The notes under the pieces were generated by a model. It saw nothing but the letters and a program-made list of their open reading frames with translations, was not told the origin of the DNA and did not search any database. DNA of 64,000 bases from Macrostomum lignano (Eukaryota), in NCBI GenBank assembly GCA_002269645.1, contig NIVC01002847.1, forward strand, positions 1 through 64,000, given 5' to 3'. Below, piece by piece: positions 49,772 to 59,966 of the stretch. Within the stretch, counting starts at the first letter, position 1. Each line of letters begins with the position of its first letter. The translations under genes were made by a program, and so were the position numbers.

Positions 49772-50497
49772 CTATTCATTGTCTGTGAGCTCCATTCTAC
49801 GCCTGATCTCAAACAAGTCGGTTGGATCACTTATTTCCCTTGTGGTCTGTGGTGCCTCTTCAGCGTCAATGTTTTTGAAGCGTTCAAGACGACCGATTCT
49901 TCTCACCGATTTCTGCCATTCGGTAAAAACTAAATCTACAAAGACTTTATTTGCAGTAATTCTTACTTTGATTTGATCATGCAACGCTGTTGACTGAGTC
50001 ATGAACTCTTCTAAATTCCTCACTTTACATGTGTTGGTTGCGACGTTTTCTTTAATTCTATCATGCAACGCTGTTGACTGGTTCATGAACTCTTCAAAAT
50101 TCCTCACTTTAACTGTGTTTGTGAAAACTCCTTCTTCAAGAATGCGCATCCGCCTATCAATGGAGTTTCTCAGAAGATTAATTGTCGATGCTAAATTTGT
50201 TCTTAAACCGTTGATTTGCGAAACTGCCGAAGTTATTTCTGACCTTAGTTCATTAGTTGCGTGTACAACCTGTACATAAAGCTTATCACTTTCAAACTTC
50301 TGCCTGGCTACTTTAAGCCTGAGATCTTCCATGTTTATTTGCAACTGGTGCATGGAGCGCTCTAATTGTTTCAGTCTGTTTTTATTCAGTTTGATCTCTG
50401 GGATCTCTTCATCAGTGTTAAGGTAGCGCTTATCAAGGAAGGAAGTTGTGAGAGTGCTGTTGCCTGTAGTTGACTCACCTGCAAAATTTACTGACAT
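49772..50497 (-). CDS. Coiled-coil protein (possible fibre), 241 aa
   Basis: A6-ATG start; helical heptad-like composition; internal 28-aa (84-bp) duplication. Confidence 0.6.
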   Translation of the reverse strand: MSVNFAGESTTGNSTLTTSFLDKRYLNTDEEIPEIKLNKNRLKQLERSMHQLQINMEDLRLKVARQKFESDKLYVQVVHATNELRSEITSAVSQINGLRTNLASTINLLRNSIDRRMRILEEGVFTNTVKVRNFEEFMNQSTALHDRIKENVATNTCKVRNLEEFMTQSTALHDQIKVRITANKVFVDLVFTEWQKSVRRIGRLERFKNIDAEEAPQTTREISDPTDLFEIRRRMELTDNE

Positions 50498-50513
50498 TTT
50501 TTTAAATAAAAAA

Positions 50514-51314
50514 TTAAAGTAAAATTCTTTTCTCCTTATTAATCATGACAAACTGATAGGGTTGGTTCCACTTTTCATAGCATATGTTAACAAATTCCTC
50601 CTGTGATATTGTTCTGTTAGAGTTCTTAGCTGGATATGTAATGTGAGCTGGGGCAATGACCTCATTATAAAATCGTTTCAGTCGATCCTGTGGTATGGTT
50701 GGGAAAAGGAGAATCAAATTACAGTTACCTCTCATTGTTTTATTTGGCAGTTCAAACCAGTTTTATGCAATGTAAATAACATTGCAGTTATTGTGTCTAC
50801 CCCGGGTGAAATAATTTTCTATCTGTTTCTGGGGACCGGTCATGCAGTCATCAAAGACAATCAGGTGCTTTCTCCCCTTTTCTAGCTCATCAGGTTGAGG
50901 TAAGAGTTTAGTTTTAGGATCTATCTGTGGATCACCATAAGTGGAAACTTTAATATTTTGCCATTTTTCATTGTCTGGGATGTGCTTTGCGTATTCAGTG
51001 GCTACAACTTCCGGGTTGCTGTTGAGGTCTTTTTGATGTCTAAAACATTGAATAATATCTTCCTTGTTGAGTTTGTTCTGTAGGCCCGCTACTAGCATTT
51101 TATACTCATCTTGATACAGAGTGGGTGAATAGATATGTAGTGTGTCATAATCGAGGAATCCAGGTCTGAGGAGCATGTTAAAAACTCTGAAGGTTTTCCC
51201 TGACCCAGATGAGCCAACAACAATGCATCGGAAGTGCCCTGGAATTATCTCGTTGTGAGCAAATTTTATCTGATTGCGTGTCCAGTGGGGATGAAAGTCG
51301 TTTGTGAAGTCCAT
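50514..51314 (-). pseudogene. A32/FtsK-type packaging ATPase with one in-frame TAA at 50763-50765
   Basis: Walker A GSSGSGKT, Walker B IVFDD, TRGRH; frame continues YIA*NWFELP...RGNCNLILLF, with the stop at the conserved Gln position. Confidence 0.9.
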
Positions 51315-51512
51315 TTTTTATGTAAAAAAACTTTTTCTTTTTAAAATTGTGTATTTAAGACGCGTGTGTCTCTTTGTGGGATGTGTATGTGTGTGTCTCT
51401 TTGCGGGATGTGTGTGTCTTTTTTTCGGGTTGTGTGTGTCTTTTTTTTTACTAGTCCTACATCCGACTAGTCCTACACCCTCACACCTCTTTTACCGTCA
51501 GGGTGCACCAAA

Positions 51513-51893
51513 TTAGTCAAATTTAAAACCGCCTCCTTTCTGATATTCAGCTCTCATCTTTGCGTAGATGGCTGGATCGACACTATCTGCACTCGGTGCA
51601 AGGGGTTGAATATCTGGTATTGATTTCTGGGTTTCATTAACCGTATCTTTAATCTTCTTGGCTGCTGTGACTACACTGCCAGCCGCTTCGGCAACGTTCT
51701 TGATGTTCTCTTTGTTCTCTCCAATGACCTTAAAAATCTTGGCCCCCTGAGCGATCAAATCGGCAAGACCGTTCCCAGAGCGTTCTTTTCTTGGATAGTG
51801 GCCTGCAGGGAAAAGTCCAGATCCACGTTTAATGAGATTAAGTTCCTCTTTGTCATAGTATTTGTCCACGTCTTTCTCAAAAATAATCGGCAT
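51513..51893 (-). CDS. Small putative core protein, 126 aa, with GxG motifs and an amphipathic helix
   Basis: ATG at 51893 after an A-run; KRGSG-LF, SGNG-LA, KGGG-F; helix LADLIAQGAKIFKVIG. Confidence 0.65.
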   Translation of the reverse strand: MPIIFEKDVDKYYDKEELNLIKRGSGLFPAGHYPRKERSGNGLADLIAQGAKIFKVIGENKENIKNVAEAAGSVVTAAKKIKDTVNETQKSIPDIQPLAPSADSVDPAIYAKMRAEYQKGGGFKFD

Positions 51894-51909
51894 TTTTACT
51901 TGAAATAAA

Positions 51910-53127
51910 TTATTTTTTGTTGAACCGCGAAAGCAGAAGCTCTCTCGCCCTCTTATCGATGTATTTTCTCTCAAGCATTTTATTGAGGATGTTGACAAAT
52001 TCTTTTCTATTTTCATCTTTCATTCCAGTCTTTGCCGCTCCTAGAAGAACCGCTACTCGCTTGTAGATTTCAGCTATTCCTTTTCCAGATTTGGGTGGTT
52101 GGTCTTGGGGTTGTGGAGTTGGTTGGGCTTGTAGCTGCTGGGGAGGTGATGCAAAAGACTGCTCACTTTCAGAGATGGAACTGTCATGTGGTGCCTGTCT
52201 TTGTTGAGGTGTGAAAACTCTTTGATTGATTCTGTTCATTCGATCTGGGGAGATATTTTCTAGTTGTTGCCAGGCATCTGGGTGATCATTTTTATATTTA
52301 GCTACTTGAGTCGGATCTGCATTTTCCAGTTGCCTGAGTACTTCTGTAAAATGTTGTTGCTGTGGTTGTGGTTGTTGTTGTTGCTGTTGTTGTGGTTGCT
52401 GCTGTGGTTGTTGTTGTGGTTTTGGTTGTTGTCTTATGACCTCTTCTTGATCCGGCAAACCAAACCATTGTTTAAAGTATTTGTATTTTCTAAACCTGTT
52501 CAAGACAATCCCGTTTTCATGTAAAATTTTCAAAACACCGTCGTTCTTGAGCATATCTATGTCCCTATCGAGAGCAAAGGTAACAAGATCTTTGTAATTT
52601 TCGAACTGCTTTTTAGATGTTTTCTCTAGATTTTTAGTCATGTAATCAAGTAAAGTTTGAGTGAACTGGATTCTTTTAGTTTTTGCGCCTTTATTGATTG
52701 AAATATTTTCCTTTGTGACTTCAATGTTGTAATCCGCTGGTTCCCCTGTAATATATTTTCGCCAGATGCTAATTCCAAAAATATATTTTCCATCATCTAC
52801 TACGGGGCCAAAAAAGTTATCCGTCACTTTCATCTGCACCGGTTGTGCTTCTGGTTGTCCCGGTTGCTGAGCCTGTGGTTGTCCCGGTGAAGATGGAATT
52901 TTACCCAATGTGTTTTGCAATTGGCTCTCTTGAATATCATCAACTGCTTCCTTCACAGTGTCGATGTTTTTCTTCGCTTCTGTGTATCCGGGTTTGTGAA
53001 ATTCAGTGGCTGCTTGGACAAACTCATTGTAGGATTGTTGCTCCTTATTTATTAACCCGGTAACTCGTTTCTCTGCTTGTGCCAGCTTCTCCAATTCAGA
53101 TATCTGCTGTGTACTTTTTCGCTTCAT
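51910..53127 (-). CDS. 405-aa Gln/Pro-rich viral protein
   Basis: Long intact ORF; poly-Q tracts; C-terminal SGKG-IAEIYKRVAVLLGAAKTG helical segment. Confidence 0.7.
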   Translation of the reverse strand: MKRKSTQQISELEKLAQAEKRVTGLINKEQQSYNEFVQAATEFHKPGYTEAKKNIDTVKEAVDDIQESQLQNTLGKIPSSPGQPQAQQPGQPEAQPVQMKVTDNFFGPVVDDGKYIFGISIWRKYITGEPADYNIEVTKENISINKGAKTKRIQFTQTLLDYMTKNLEKTSKKQFENYKDLVTFALDRDIDMLKNDGVLKILHENGIVLNRFRKYKYFKQWFGLPDQEEVIRQQPKPQQQPQQQPQQQQQQQPQPQQQHFTEVLRQLENADPTQVAKYKNDHPDAWQQLENISPDRMNRINQRVFTPQQRQAPHDSSISESEQSFASPPQQLQAQPTPQPQDQPPKSGKGIAEIYKRVAVLLGAAKTGMKDENRKEFVNILNKMLERKYIDKRARELLLSRFNKK

Positions 53128-53157
53128 TTCTTATTTTATTTTATTTTTAGTTAAAAA

Positions 53158-54444
53158 ATGAACGACCCACTGACACCAGTTTTCTACAAAATTAACAAGC
53201 CTATTTTGAGTGATGATAGCACAATCAAGGCGACTCAGGTAAGAGTTCCCAGTCAGGAAAATCAGAATGAAACTAATCTTGGTCCTGGCCAAACACTGAC
53301 ATTCACATACAATGGATGTTCGTCTTTGGTTAGTGTGCACAGTCTTAAGAGCGGCTTCCATATGACATTTCAATTCAAGACAAAGGGTGGTGCGGATGCG
53401 GCTCGTGCTAACGTTGACAAGCATGATGCGGATGTGGCTCTGATCAGTAACTTTTGGGCGTACATGTTCAAGGAGTTTAGTGTATCGAATGGGAGCACAG
53501 AGTTGGAGCGAATCGCCAACTTTGGAATTGTCTATGACGCTCATTGTTTGATCGAGAATCCTGATTTTATTCAGTTGGGAAGTGGTGCGGGTTTTATTGC
53601 AGATGAAAAAGAAGGAGATATCAATGACAGTGGCTATAAAAAGAGGAAGAAGAGATACAACTATGCATTGCAAGGTGCAGATGATGCTGCTAAGAACCCA
53701 CAGTATCGGTCTGTTGATGTATTTATACCACTGAGATTCATGAGTGGATTCTGTAATACATTTAATCGACTGACTAGTAACTTTAGCTACACTTTTAAGA
53801 TGACTAGAGATGATCGCAGTAGAGTGTTGTGGACTGGGGCGGACCACACTGGGATGGCTGTGAAGCTAACCGGAATCGAGCTGTATTTGGAAGTCATTGA
53901 GCCAAAGACAGCACTAAAAGCGGATTATCTCAAGGCAATAGAGAAGGACATTGATGTTGCATACACGGCCTACATGTGTCGAGATGAGCGAAACGAAACT
54001 AGAACAAACATCTGCATTAAAGAGGGATCATGCAGCAATCCAAGGTATATCATTATTAATATGAGAAACCCAAATAGCATTATACGCTACATGCATGGAG
54101 ACGTGCGGTCCATTCAGCATGAAATCAGTGATAATCTTTACCCTGCACTGCCACAAAATGGAGATTTCAGTCAGAACAAGATTAGCAAATTTTACAGCGA
54201 GTTGGTCGACTTGGCTGTGAAAGAGAACAATGGAATTGCTATCACTGCTCTTCAATATGGAACTCTATATCCGATGTTTGGCGCTGATGTGTCTGCCAGA
54301 CAAATGCCTACTGATAACAGCTCTGTGAATATCGTGAGTAACATTGAGAGGACTACCGCAACACCCGTGGACCTGTACATTATCTATGCATTTGAGAGGA
54401 AGGTGAAGCTTAACATGATCAGCAATTCATCCAGTAAAGTTTAA
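53158..54444 (+). CDS. Major capsid protein (double jelly-roll, hexon-like), 428 aa
   Basis: Size, beta-rich pattern (LTFTY, VFIPLRFMSGF, PRYIII, NLYP) and position next to the minor capsid gene; fold is inferred. Confidence 0.75.
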   Translation: MNDPLTPVFYKINKPILSDDSTIKATQVRVPSQENQNETNLGPGQTLTFTYNGCSSLVSVHSLKSGFHMTFQFKTKGGADAARANVDKHDADVALISNFWAYMFKEFSVSNGSTELERIANFGIVYDAHCLIENPDFIQLGSGAGFIADEKEGDINDSGYKKRKKRYNYALQGADDAAKNPQYRSVDVFIPLRFMSGFCNTFNRLTSNFSYTFKMTRDDRSRVLWTGADHTGMAVKLTGIELYLEVIEPKTALKADYLKAIEKDIDVAYTAYMCRDERNETRTNICIKEGSCSNPRYIIINMRNPNSIIRYMHGDVRSIQHEISDNLYPALPQNGDFSQNKISKFYSELVDLAVKENNGIAITALQYGTLYPMFGADVSARQMPTDNSSVNIVSNIERTTATPVDLYIIYAFERKVKLNMISNSSSKV

Positions 54445-54464
54445 ATATTTTTTATGTGAAAAAA

Positions 54465-55328
54465 ATGGAAGCGATTGCTGAAAGACTAAATAATATTATT
54501 TCGCACTCCAAGGAGAGCATTCCTATTACAATAACTGGGCGAATAGATGACTCAAACGGGATATTTATTCAAAAATTAGAGCAGGCGATTCGCCTGGATC
54601 CAGGTTCTAATTACCATGTCTATCTTAACGACTTCACTGGTTGGTCAAACGTTCCCAATGTGACGGCAGCAAATAATAAGTTTTATTACAAATGGAAAGG
54701 TGCAGCAGCAGAACCTGTGGTATTCCCTGTTAGCACGCAAAGTGTGGATACCTACAATTACTTTCTAGAAAACGTATTTACTAAAAGAGGCCATTTTGAG
54801 ACACCTGATGCGAGTAAGCCAGATAAAAAATTGTTCCCTGTCAAACTATCCTATGATCTCACTGTAATGAGAGTGGTCATGCAAGTTCACAAAGATGCGG
54901 AGGTTGAGTTTAAAGATGACACTTGGTATAGGGAATTGGGATTCGTGTAGAAAGTTTATAAGGCAGAATCCACAGCGCGGACTGTCACTCAAGCATCGGG
55001 GGCCGTTAGCATGGCCCGGGAAAGTGTACGCGGTTTGTTCTTAGCACCCAATATAGCAGACATTGTAAAGGGTTTGAATATTCTAATCAGAACTAATCTC
55101 AGTCTTGATTGGGTATTTAAGGGAAAGCGAACGAATATTTTGTACAACATCTCCAACTCTGTAGCTGGAGGACAGATGGTGGTAGAGAAACCAAATCCAG
55201 TGAAAAGAGTTGTATTGAGTAATAAGGAGATTCACGAGATTGTGCTACAGTTTGAGACTGAAGATGGGGTGGGTGTTGATTTCAACGGTGAAGAGTTTGT
55301 ATTGACGTTAATCATTGAGAGAATGTGA
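54465..55328 (+). pseudogene. Minor capsid protein (penton-like) with one in-frame TAG at 54948-54950
   Basis: YHVYLNDFTGWSNVPNVTAANNKFYY ... RELGFV* then 20 open codons in frame into the second ORF ending GVDFNGEEFVLTLIIERM. Confidence 0.72.
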
Positions 55329-55332
55329 GAAA

Positions 55333-55569
55333 TCACAATTGCCTAATGATTTCTGCAAAGTTATAGTAGCTATCGTAACCGTTAATGACTACTCCATGTT
55401 TTTCAAACCAGTGTCTTTGGAGAGCTAGATTAATATTAGGGACATTGATATCAACGCCGGGCCAATATTTTCTCATGTACTCGCTGCATTCTAGTTTGCA
55501 TCGGTACTTGCTCTTGTAATTAGGCTCGTGCGCTTTGTAATAAGAACCTGGAGAGACAACTGGAAACAT
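55333..55569 (-). CDS. Small TIR-encoded ORF, right paralogue, 78 aa
   Basis: AAAA-ATG start; conserved against the left copy with many synonymous differences. Confidence 0.65.
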   Translation of the reverse strand: MFPVVSPGSYYKAHEPNYKSKYRCKLECSEYMRKYWPGVDINVPNINLALQRHWFEKHGVVINGYDSYYNFAEIIRQL

Positions 55570-56115
55570 TTTTATTGAGAATTTAATTTTTTTCAAAGGG
55601 TGAGCACCCTGCGCTGATGATTTAAAGTCTTTGGGATCTGGTTTCGTGTTGCAAATTGAATGTGGGGAGAAGAATGCAGATTATTTTCTGATTGTTTCGA
55701 AGATGCTATGGGTGGATTTCGAGCTGTTATGCTCAGAGCATAAACCCTCAGAGCATAACAGTAGGACACCTGTTATGCTCTGATTCTGTCAGGGATAATA
55801 TGGATGGATTTAATGAGATTATGGAGGACGTTTTGTGAGCAAGTGCGACCCCCCTTTTTTCTGATTCTGTCAGGGATAATATGGATGGATTTAATGGGAT
55901 TATGGAGGAGGTTTTGTGTGCAAGTGCGACCCCCCTTTTTTTCTGATTTTGTCGGGGATAATATGGATGGATTTAATGGGATTATGGAGGAGGTTTTGTG
56001 AGCAAGTGCGACCCCCCTTTTTTTCTGATTCTGTCGGGGATAATATGGATGGATTTAATGGCATTATGGAGGACGTGAAAAATTTTGTCCCAAAAGCCCC
56101 CTCATGCATTCTACT
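55333..56115 (-). repeat. Right terminal inverted repeat
   Basis: Four 81-82-bp-spaced units plus a perfect 13-bp hairpin at 55749-55782. Confidence 0.9.
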
Positions 56116-56491
56116 GGCCATTGATCGCATTAACTGATATTATTGCCAAGTGCTACCGCTACAAAATTGCCTCTGCCGTATTCATTTGCCTTCGCTGATT
56201 ATTCTCGAGGCCGCCACATTAATACGTCACACTCAAAATTTAAGAAAAACAGCGGTCGCGCTTTACCTATTTCCGCCATACAAAGTGGCATATCTAAAGA
56301 AAATAACATCTATGACTGCAACTAGGCTAATAAAAACTAACTAGCTCGTATAGTGTAACCCTTTGGGCAATTACTAGTAGTTCATTGATAACCTTGTTAT
56401 CCTTTCATGGGTATAATTAATACTTTTTTAAAGTTCACTAATTGTCTTAGAAAGTTTAAATATTTAACTTTCAACTTATTAACAATTATAT

Positions 56492-57248
56492 TGTGACGTC
56501 TAATGAGGCGGCCTCGAAAATAATCGACGAGACAAATACGGCCGAGGCAATTTTGTAGCGGTAGCACTTGGCAATAATGGTGACAAATGCGGGCAATGGC
56601 CGCAGACTTAATTCCGCCTGGGCGGTTAACAGAAATAGGTCCAAGTACTAGTTGAATTGCAAACGATGCACTGGCGGCTACGCAACAATAAGTTAGATAG
56701 TAGAAGGCAGAGTGGGTCGATGAGTTGAGGCAACGGTGACGAAGTGATGGCGGTGAACGTATGGTGGCGGTGCTCGTAGTGAGAGCTTGAACAGCCAGTG
56801 AAAGTGGCGTGGCTGAGGCTGGCGAAGGCGTAGTTAGAACCGTGGCGGAGTGAGGCGAAGAGAGAGTAAGTAAACAAGGAGCGAGAGCCCAAGGGCGGGC
56901 AGAGCGGTCTACGGCGGGAAAGGAGGTCAGACGGGGGGGCAGTCGGTCGGTCTAACCCCGAGCGCCCAGCCAGACAGGACTGATAAAGAGCGGGCTGGGG
57001 GTGGGCGCACGAGGAGAACTTAACATAATTAATGCGCGGCTTTTCTATTGGCCGGCTGGGAAAAAAAACAGAAAACAGAAATTATCGATCGCGCACTGTA
57101 CCCAGGCTTTACAAATGTACGCAAGCTGATTATAATTATTTGGGCGCTACTTTAAGCAGACGTGAGAGTAGGAAAACAACAATATTATTGATTGGTACCG
57201 TATGTCAAAACGGCCCTTGGCGGGGCTACTTAAACTGACAACGTCACA
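56492..57248 (+). mobile_element. Intact solo-LTR-like element, sister of the interrupted copy
   Basis: TGTGACGT...ACGTCACA ends, ATAT on both flanks, single ATGGCC at 56596-56601 at the position where the other copy carries the Polinton. Confidence 0.72.
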
Positions 57249-59159
57249 ATATTATAAATTATTAATTACATTATGCAATTATACAATTACATTATGCAAT
57301 GCATTATGCAATTTTACAATTTCTATTAACAAAAAACAACCTAGGTAGAAGTAGGCATGTAATTGTAAGTGATCTCGCCTCTTTCCTTAGTCGCACACTT
57401 CAACCCTCCTCGTCTTATCTTGCACTCAACCCAGTTTATTGAATAAAAAACCCGTTTTAGGCCTTGAGCCTACTCACTTCTGTAGATCTAACTAGATCTA
57501 ATCATAATTTTCTTTAGATCTAACTAGCCTTATCGGGGCACCCAAAAAGCAAGGGAAGAAAATTATTAATGAGAATCCTTTAAAATAAAATCACATTTTC
57601 TTAAGAGCCATTCCTTTTTTAACTAAAAAAAATCACTGTCAGATTTATGCGCATAAACTGACAAGAAATCGTATAAACTCCTATTTCCACTATGTGTTGT
57701 GGCCTGCGCCACAATGACATTCTCCTCAACCTTTTTTTGGCGCATGCGAACTGCTCGGTCTGCCGCCCTTATCGGTTCTGTCTGGTTTGAGCTGGTTCAG
57801 CTCGGTTTTGGTTTTGGGCAGCCGGCGTGTGCGCGGATTGGCTGGCTGGGCCGGCAGACCCTCTCTTTTCTACCCCCCCCCCGTGGAGCCTTACCCAGCG
57901 CGTGTTTTGATTGGCTGGGCTGGGGTGGGGTGCTCGCGGGGTTCTGTTTTGTGTGTTTGCGCTCAGGCCGGTTTGGCCTACTCCTCCATTTTTCCGCATA
58001 CTATTTATTAGCTGGCTTGGAGTTGGCCGGTGGCACTCTTCGTTTTTTGTGGTTAGGGCTAAAGCAGCTACTGAGTAGTAAAACTACTGTAAAAGTACAA
58101 TAAACTGCACGAGCCCAGTGAATCATCGAACAGTGCATTACAAGCTAATCCGTGCCACCCGCCGTCTTCGAGCTGCCAGTCCAATTATCACGGCTAAATA
58201 GACTGCACATATATGAGTCGATTCGACCCCGCCCGGTGAGCTAAAATTACGTTTGTTCGGGTTGCGTTCGCGTTTTTGAGACTCTCTGCACGTGTCTCCC
58301 ATCCATCCTCGCCGCCTCATCGCTTCACCTACTCACCTCCTCGACTAACTGCACTCTTCGATTGGCTGTACGCACCAGCCAATCCATCACCTCGTATCCC
58401 TTGATTGGTCCAGAGTGTCTGTACGCCCCGACCAATCCCTCGCCTCGCATCCCTTGATTGGTCCGGAGTGTCTGTACGCCCCGGCCAATCCCTCACATTC
58501 ACCTCGCTTTCTCATTCACCTCGGTGACTCCCGGGCCAGCTCTGAGTGGCTATCCGCTCCGCTGACCGCGGCGGTACCCCGAGCCTTCTGTGACCAAGGA
58601 GTGTCGGTGCTCCCCCGAGTCGCATCTCTCCCTCTTCCCCTCGGAGTGGCCATCCGCCTCGAGGAGCGCCGGTCGTTCGCCTTCTGTCCATCCCTCCGCC
58701 GTGCACACGGGGCAGTCCCGCACCGAACCCGCAACCCGGGGAAAACAAAACGACCGGGCTAGACGATATCGCAGCCCGCGAGTTCAACATATGTATTTTT
58801 GCGATTAGTTGCCTCCAATTGGGCCGTTTTATTTTTCCTGTTGTGTGTACGATCTATTTAGAGCGTATAATGTTTGCACGATCGATATTCTAGGCCTCTC
58901 CCTACGCTTGGCGCACGAAGAGGTCCAGTTTATTACTTTTTTTCACATTCCCTCTTATCTCTATCTCCTCTCACTCTTCCGATTTTACGACCGTTTAAAT
59001 CCGCCTGTTTAAATTTAGCTCTGCGTTAGTTCATTCCTAATTAATTATTTGTCCCACTAGCAATTGTACAATCACCTTATTCAATTAAAATTGTTTAAAG
59101 AATGGAATACAATTTTTTAATAAACCACATGTAGCTTCTGACATCTCCGCCTTGATTTA

Positions 59160-59395
59160 TTAGCAATCCCCCCAGTAAGCCTCGACATCTCAGGATTCCC
59201 CCCAGTAAGCCTCGACATCTCAGAAATTCCCCCAGTAAGCCTCGACATATCAGCAATTCCCCCAGTAAGCCTTGACATCTCAGCAATTCCACTAGCAAGC
59301 CCTGAAATTTCAGAAATTCTCCCAATAAGCCTCGAAATCTCAACAATTCCTCCGAGCAAGCATCCCCCGATAGCAAGAACCCCGGATAGCAAGCT
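59160..59395. repeat. 30-bp minisatellite (CAGTAAGCCTCGACATCTCAGGATTCCCCC)
   Basis: Direct tandem repetition. Confidence 0.85.
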
Positions 59396-59966
59396 AGTGC
59401 ATTTATTTTCCTAATGCTATAGTTCCTTTCTAATCAAGTGCAATAATCCCACTCTAAGCTAGTGCAATAATACCTTTTTCAGTCATTGCAGTAAGCGTTT
59501 TCTCATCTTGTGCTATAATCCCTTTCTAAGCTAGTACAATAATCTCTTTCTCATTTAGTGCAATAGTCCCTTTTTCAGCCAGTGCAATAATCCATGTCTC
59601 AGCTAAAAGGAGGAGAATGGATGCCTCTTGCCTTGAGCAACTATCAATCTCTTTTAGGTTCGTTCAAAAGGAAAGTAGCCCATCAGGCAGCTAATCAAGG
59701 AATGCTTCTTAGGCTTCGTAGAACTAGCTCAAACAACAGGTGGTGTCATAGCCAACGCTATCCTGACTTATCTGCAGACTGTTGGCCTTAACGCGACTGT
59801 TGTTGGAAAACATAAGATGGAACGCCAAACATGTCAGCAGGTGCCAGCCGAGGTGTGAAAAACAGAATTCGCACACGATATGGCGAGCAGTTTGAAATTG
59901 CTGACTACTTCTTATCTGTATCTCACGCCTTAAATCTGACCATAACTCATGGGTCAAAGGGGGCTG

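Larger units (their letters stand above)
40484..56115. mobile_element. Endogenous Polinton/Maverick-type virus (adintovirus-like), 15,632 bp
   Basis: AGTAG...CTACT ends, perfect 6-bp TSD GGCCAT (40478-40483, 56116-56121), long TIRs, and integrase, pPolB, adenain, ATPase, major and minor capsid genes. Confidence 0.95.
39796..56231 (-). mobile_element. Solo-LTR-like element (~800 bp, TGTGACGT...ACGTCACA) split by the Polinton insertion
   Basis: 5-bp TSD CTCAA at 39791-39795 and 56232-56236; halves 39796-40483 and 56122-56231 align in reverse with the intact copy at 56492-57248. Confidence 0.75.

Noticed and set aside
50763-54950. Alternative genetic code (TAA/TAG = Gln) for the virus
   Set aside because: TAA and TAG terminate integrase, MCP, PolB and other ORFs at plausible positions.
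57695-58129. Further solo LTR (TGTTG...AACA with AATAAA)
   Set aside because: No target-site duplication and no second copy in the window.
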